Assembly: GCF_018389705.1 (NCBI RefSeq)
Contig: NZ_CP065581.1
Location: forward strand, 150,001-182,000
Length of the DNA: 32,000 bases
From: Mycoplasma mycoides subsp. capri
GTDB lineage: Bacteria; Bacillota_I; Bacilli_A; Mycoplasmatales; Mycoplasmataceae
Direction of reading: 5' to 3'
Positions 30,394 to 32,000 of the stretch are shown piece by piece (position 1 is the stretch's first letter; every line of letters begins with the position of its first letter). Under the pieces are notes generated by a model that was not told where the DNA came from, made no database searches, and saw only the letters and a list, made by a program, of their open reading frames with translations. A program made the position numbers and the translations under genes.

Positions 30394-31239
30394 ATGTATA
30401 AGAAAAATAAGAAACCAAAATATAATAAAGAGAAAACTATTTGTAAAGAAATAGGTTATTTCTTAAACAAAAATAATGAATATCAAATACATCCTTTTCC
30501 ATCAACTGTTAATAAAGTTCCTAAGAAACTACCTGAATTCATTACTAATTTAACATTAGCTTTTTGGAATAATGAAAATGAAATAATTTGTAATCTTGAT
30601 AAATGAAATCTTAAGAATGTTACATCATTAAATAGAATGTTTAAAGGTGCTAAAAGTTTTGATCAAGATATATCTAACTGAAACACTAGTAATGTTGTTG
30701 ATATGCAACTTTTATTTGATGGAGCTGAAAATTTCAATCAAAATCTAAATAAGTGAGATACATCAAATGTTTTAAATATGGAAGCTATGTTTAGATCTGC
30801 TTATCTTTTTAACATAGACTTAAATAAGTGAAATACATCTAAAGTACAAAATATGAGATCTATGTTTTATGAAGCACGCTCGTTTAATGGCGATATTTCA
30901 ACATGAGATGTAAGCAGTGTTAAGTATATGGAATATATGTTTTACGGTGTCTTAAAATTTAATCAAGATATTTCATCTTGAAATATCAAAAACGTAATTA
31001 ATACAAGATCTATGTTTAAGAATGCAATAGGATTTAATCAGAACATTTCATATTGAAACACTTCTAATATTAAGGAAATGAGTTGAATGTTTCATAATGC
31101 TAGAAATTTTAATCAAGATATTTCATCTTGAAATGTATCAAAAGTTAATTTATTTAATAGTTTTTCGAATAATTCGAAAATAGATAAAAATAAGAAATAT
31201 TTACCAAAAAAATTTATTTCTAAAATTTCTAAAACATAA
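30394..31239 (+). CDS. DUF285 / PARCEL-type repeat protein (281 aa), no recognisable signal peptide
   Basis: ATG at 30394 follows GAGGTGA. The frame continues through nine TGA=Trp to TAA at 31237. It contains seven tandem 25-aa units of the form N(T/V)SNV.nM..MF..A..FNQDIS.W. Confidence 0.85.
30607..31131 (+). repeat. Seven tandem 75-nt coding repeats, each ending in a TGA (Trp) codon
   Basis: The units are delimited by TGA codons at 30604, 30679, 30754, 30829, 30904, 30979, 31054 and 31129. An exact 26-nt copy, ttaatcaagatatttcatcttgaaat, occurs at 30959-30984 and 31109-31134. It contains the internal palindrome tcaagat-atttc-atcttga. Confidence 0.9.
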
Positions 31240-31266
31240 TTACTTAAATAAAATATACTATAGTTG

Positions 31267-31272
31267 TATAAT
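31267..31272 (+). promoter_or_regulatory. Candidate -10 box (TATAAT, preceded by TG) for the methyltransferase gene
   Basis: ttgtataat lies at 31264-31272, 28 nt upstream of the ATG at 31300. A weak -35-like ttaaat lies at 31244-31249. Confidence 0.35.
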
Positions 31273-31299
31273 ATGTTTTTTAAAAATGGGGGTGTAAAA

Positions 31300-32000
31300 A
31301 TGAAAGTATCACCATCTGTGTTTAGTAACAAAAGGACTAAAATCTCAGAATTAGGAAAAGATATTTTTAAAAATGAGCGTATGGAATTTAACCATAAATA
31401 TGGCTTAGATGGTCTTGTTATGTTAAACAATATAAAAGACAATGCCATTCCTGTTGTTTTTTTTGACCCTCAGTATAGAGGTGTTCTAGATAAATTATCA
31501 TATGGCAATGAAGGCAAACGACAAATAAAAAGATCAGAATTACAACAAATGACTGAAGAAAAAATAGTTCATTTTATAAGGGAAATGGATAGGGTTCTTA
31601 TCCCAACAGGTCATTTATTTTTATGAGTCGATAAATTTCATTTATGTCAAGGAATTTCGGATTGAATAAAAGATACATCATTATCTATTGTTGATATGAT
31701 TGTGTGAGATAAAGAAAAAATGGGTATGGGCTATCGTACAAGACGCCAATGCGAATATTTAATTGTTTTACAAAAAAAACCAATTAGAGCTAAAAATGTC
31801 TGAAGATTAAGAAATATAAGAGATGTTTGAAAAGAAAAAATAGTAGACAAAGTTCATCCTCATCAAAAACCTATAGAGCTACAAAAAATATTAATTCAAG
31901 CAGTCTCAAATCCTGGTGATGTTATTATGGATGTTGCTGCTGGTAGTTTTTCAGTTTTAACAAGCTGTATTGAAACAGGTAGATTATTTATAGGAACCGA
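31300..32000 (+). CDS. Beta-class N6-adenine/N4-cytosine DNA methyltransferase (PF01555-like), 3' end outside the window
   Basis: ATG at 31300 follows GGGGGTG. Motif IV is the DPPY variant VVFFDPQYRG. It is followed by HPHQKPIELQKILI and the AdoMet motif GDVIMDVAAGSFSVL...GRLFIGT, which is the beta-class order IV then I. Six in-frame TGA=Trp are present. The target base and specificity are unknown. Confidence 0.8.

Noticed and set aside
31113-31448. A 111-aa minus-strand ORF spanning the DUF285 3' end and the methyltransferase 5' end.
   Set aside because: It crosses two well-supported plus-strand genes and their intergenic promoter. Its DUF285-like ...FQDEIS end is explained by the palindromic repeat core and is recorded under the PARCEL finding rather than as a gene.

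Overview
This is a very AT-rich Mollicutes chromosome segment. Gene order resembles the Mycoplasma mycoides/capricolum cluster. It must be read with translation table 4 (TGA=Trp): most fragments in the supplied ORF track fuse in frame across TGA into full-length conserved genes. On the + strand: rpiB, glyA, upp, the complete F1Fo ATP synthase operon atpIBEFHAGDC, an mgtA-type P-type ATPase, an arcB / YfcC-like permease / arcC cluster with no arcA, and nrdF-nrdI-nrdE. These are followed by a DUF285/PARCEL repeat protein and a beta-class DNA methyltransferase cut by the window end. On the - strand: a rhodanese fragment, a polytopic membrane protein with an N/Q/Y/D-rich N-terminus, ROK glucokinase, a beta-lactamase-fold serine hydrolase, ptsG (EIICB), two small membrane proteins absent from the ORF track, smpB, rnr and secG. 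No rRNA, tRNA, CRISPR or IS element was recognised. Most of the window is core housekeeping. I see no complete novel multi-gene system. The features most worth follow-up are the roughly 140-aa extension on PtsG (Cys6 cluster plus K/S/T repeat tail), the mgtA leader with a strong-SD uORF, the arcA-less arc cluster and its palindromic upstream region, the smpB-coupled small membrane proteins, and the PARCEL/methyltransferase accessory edge at the 3' end.
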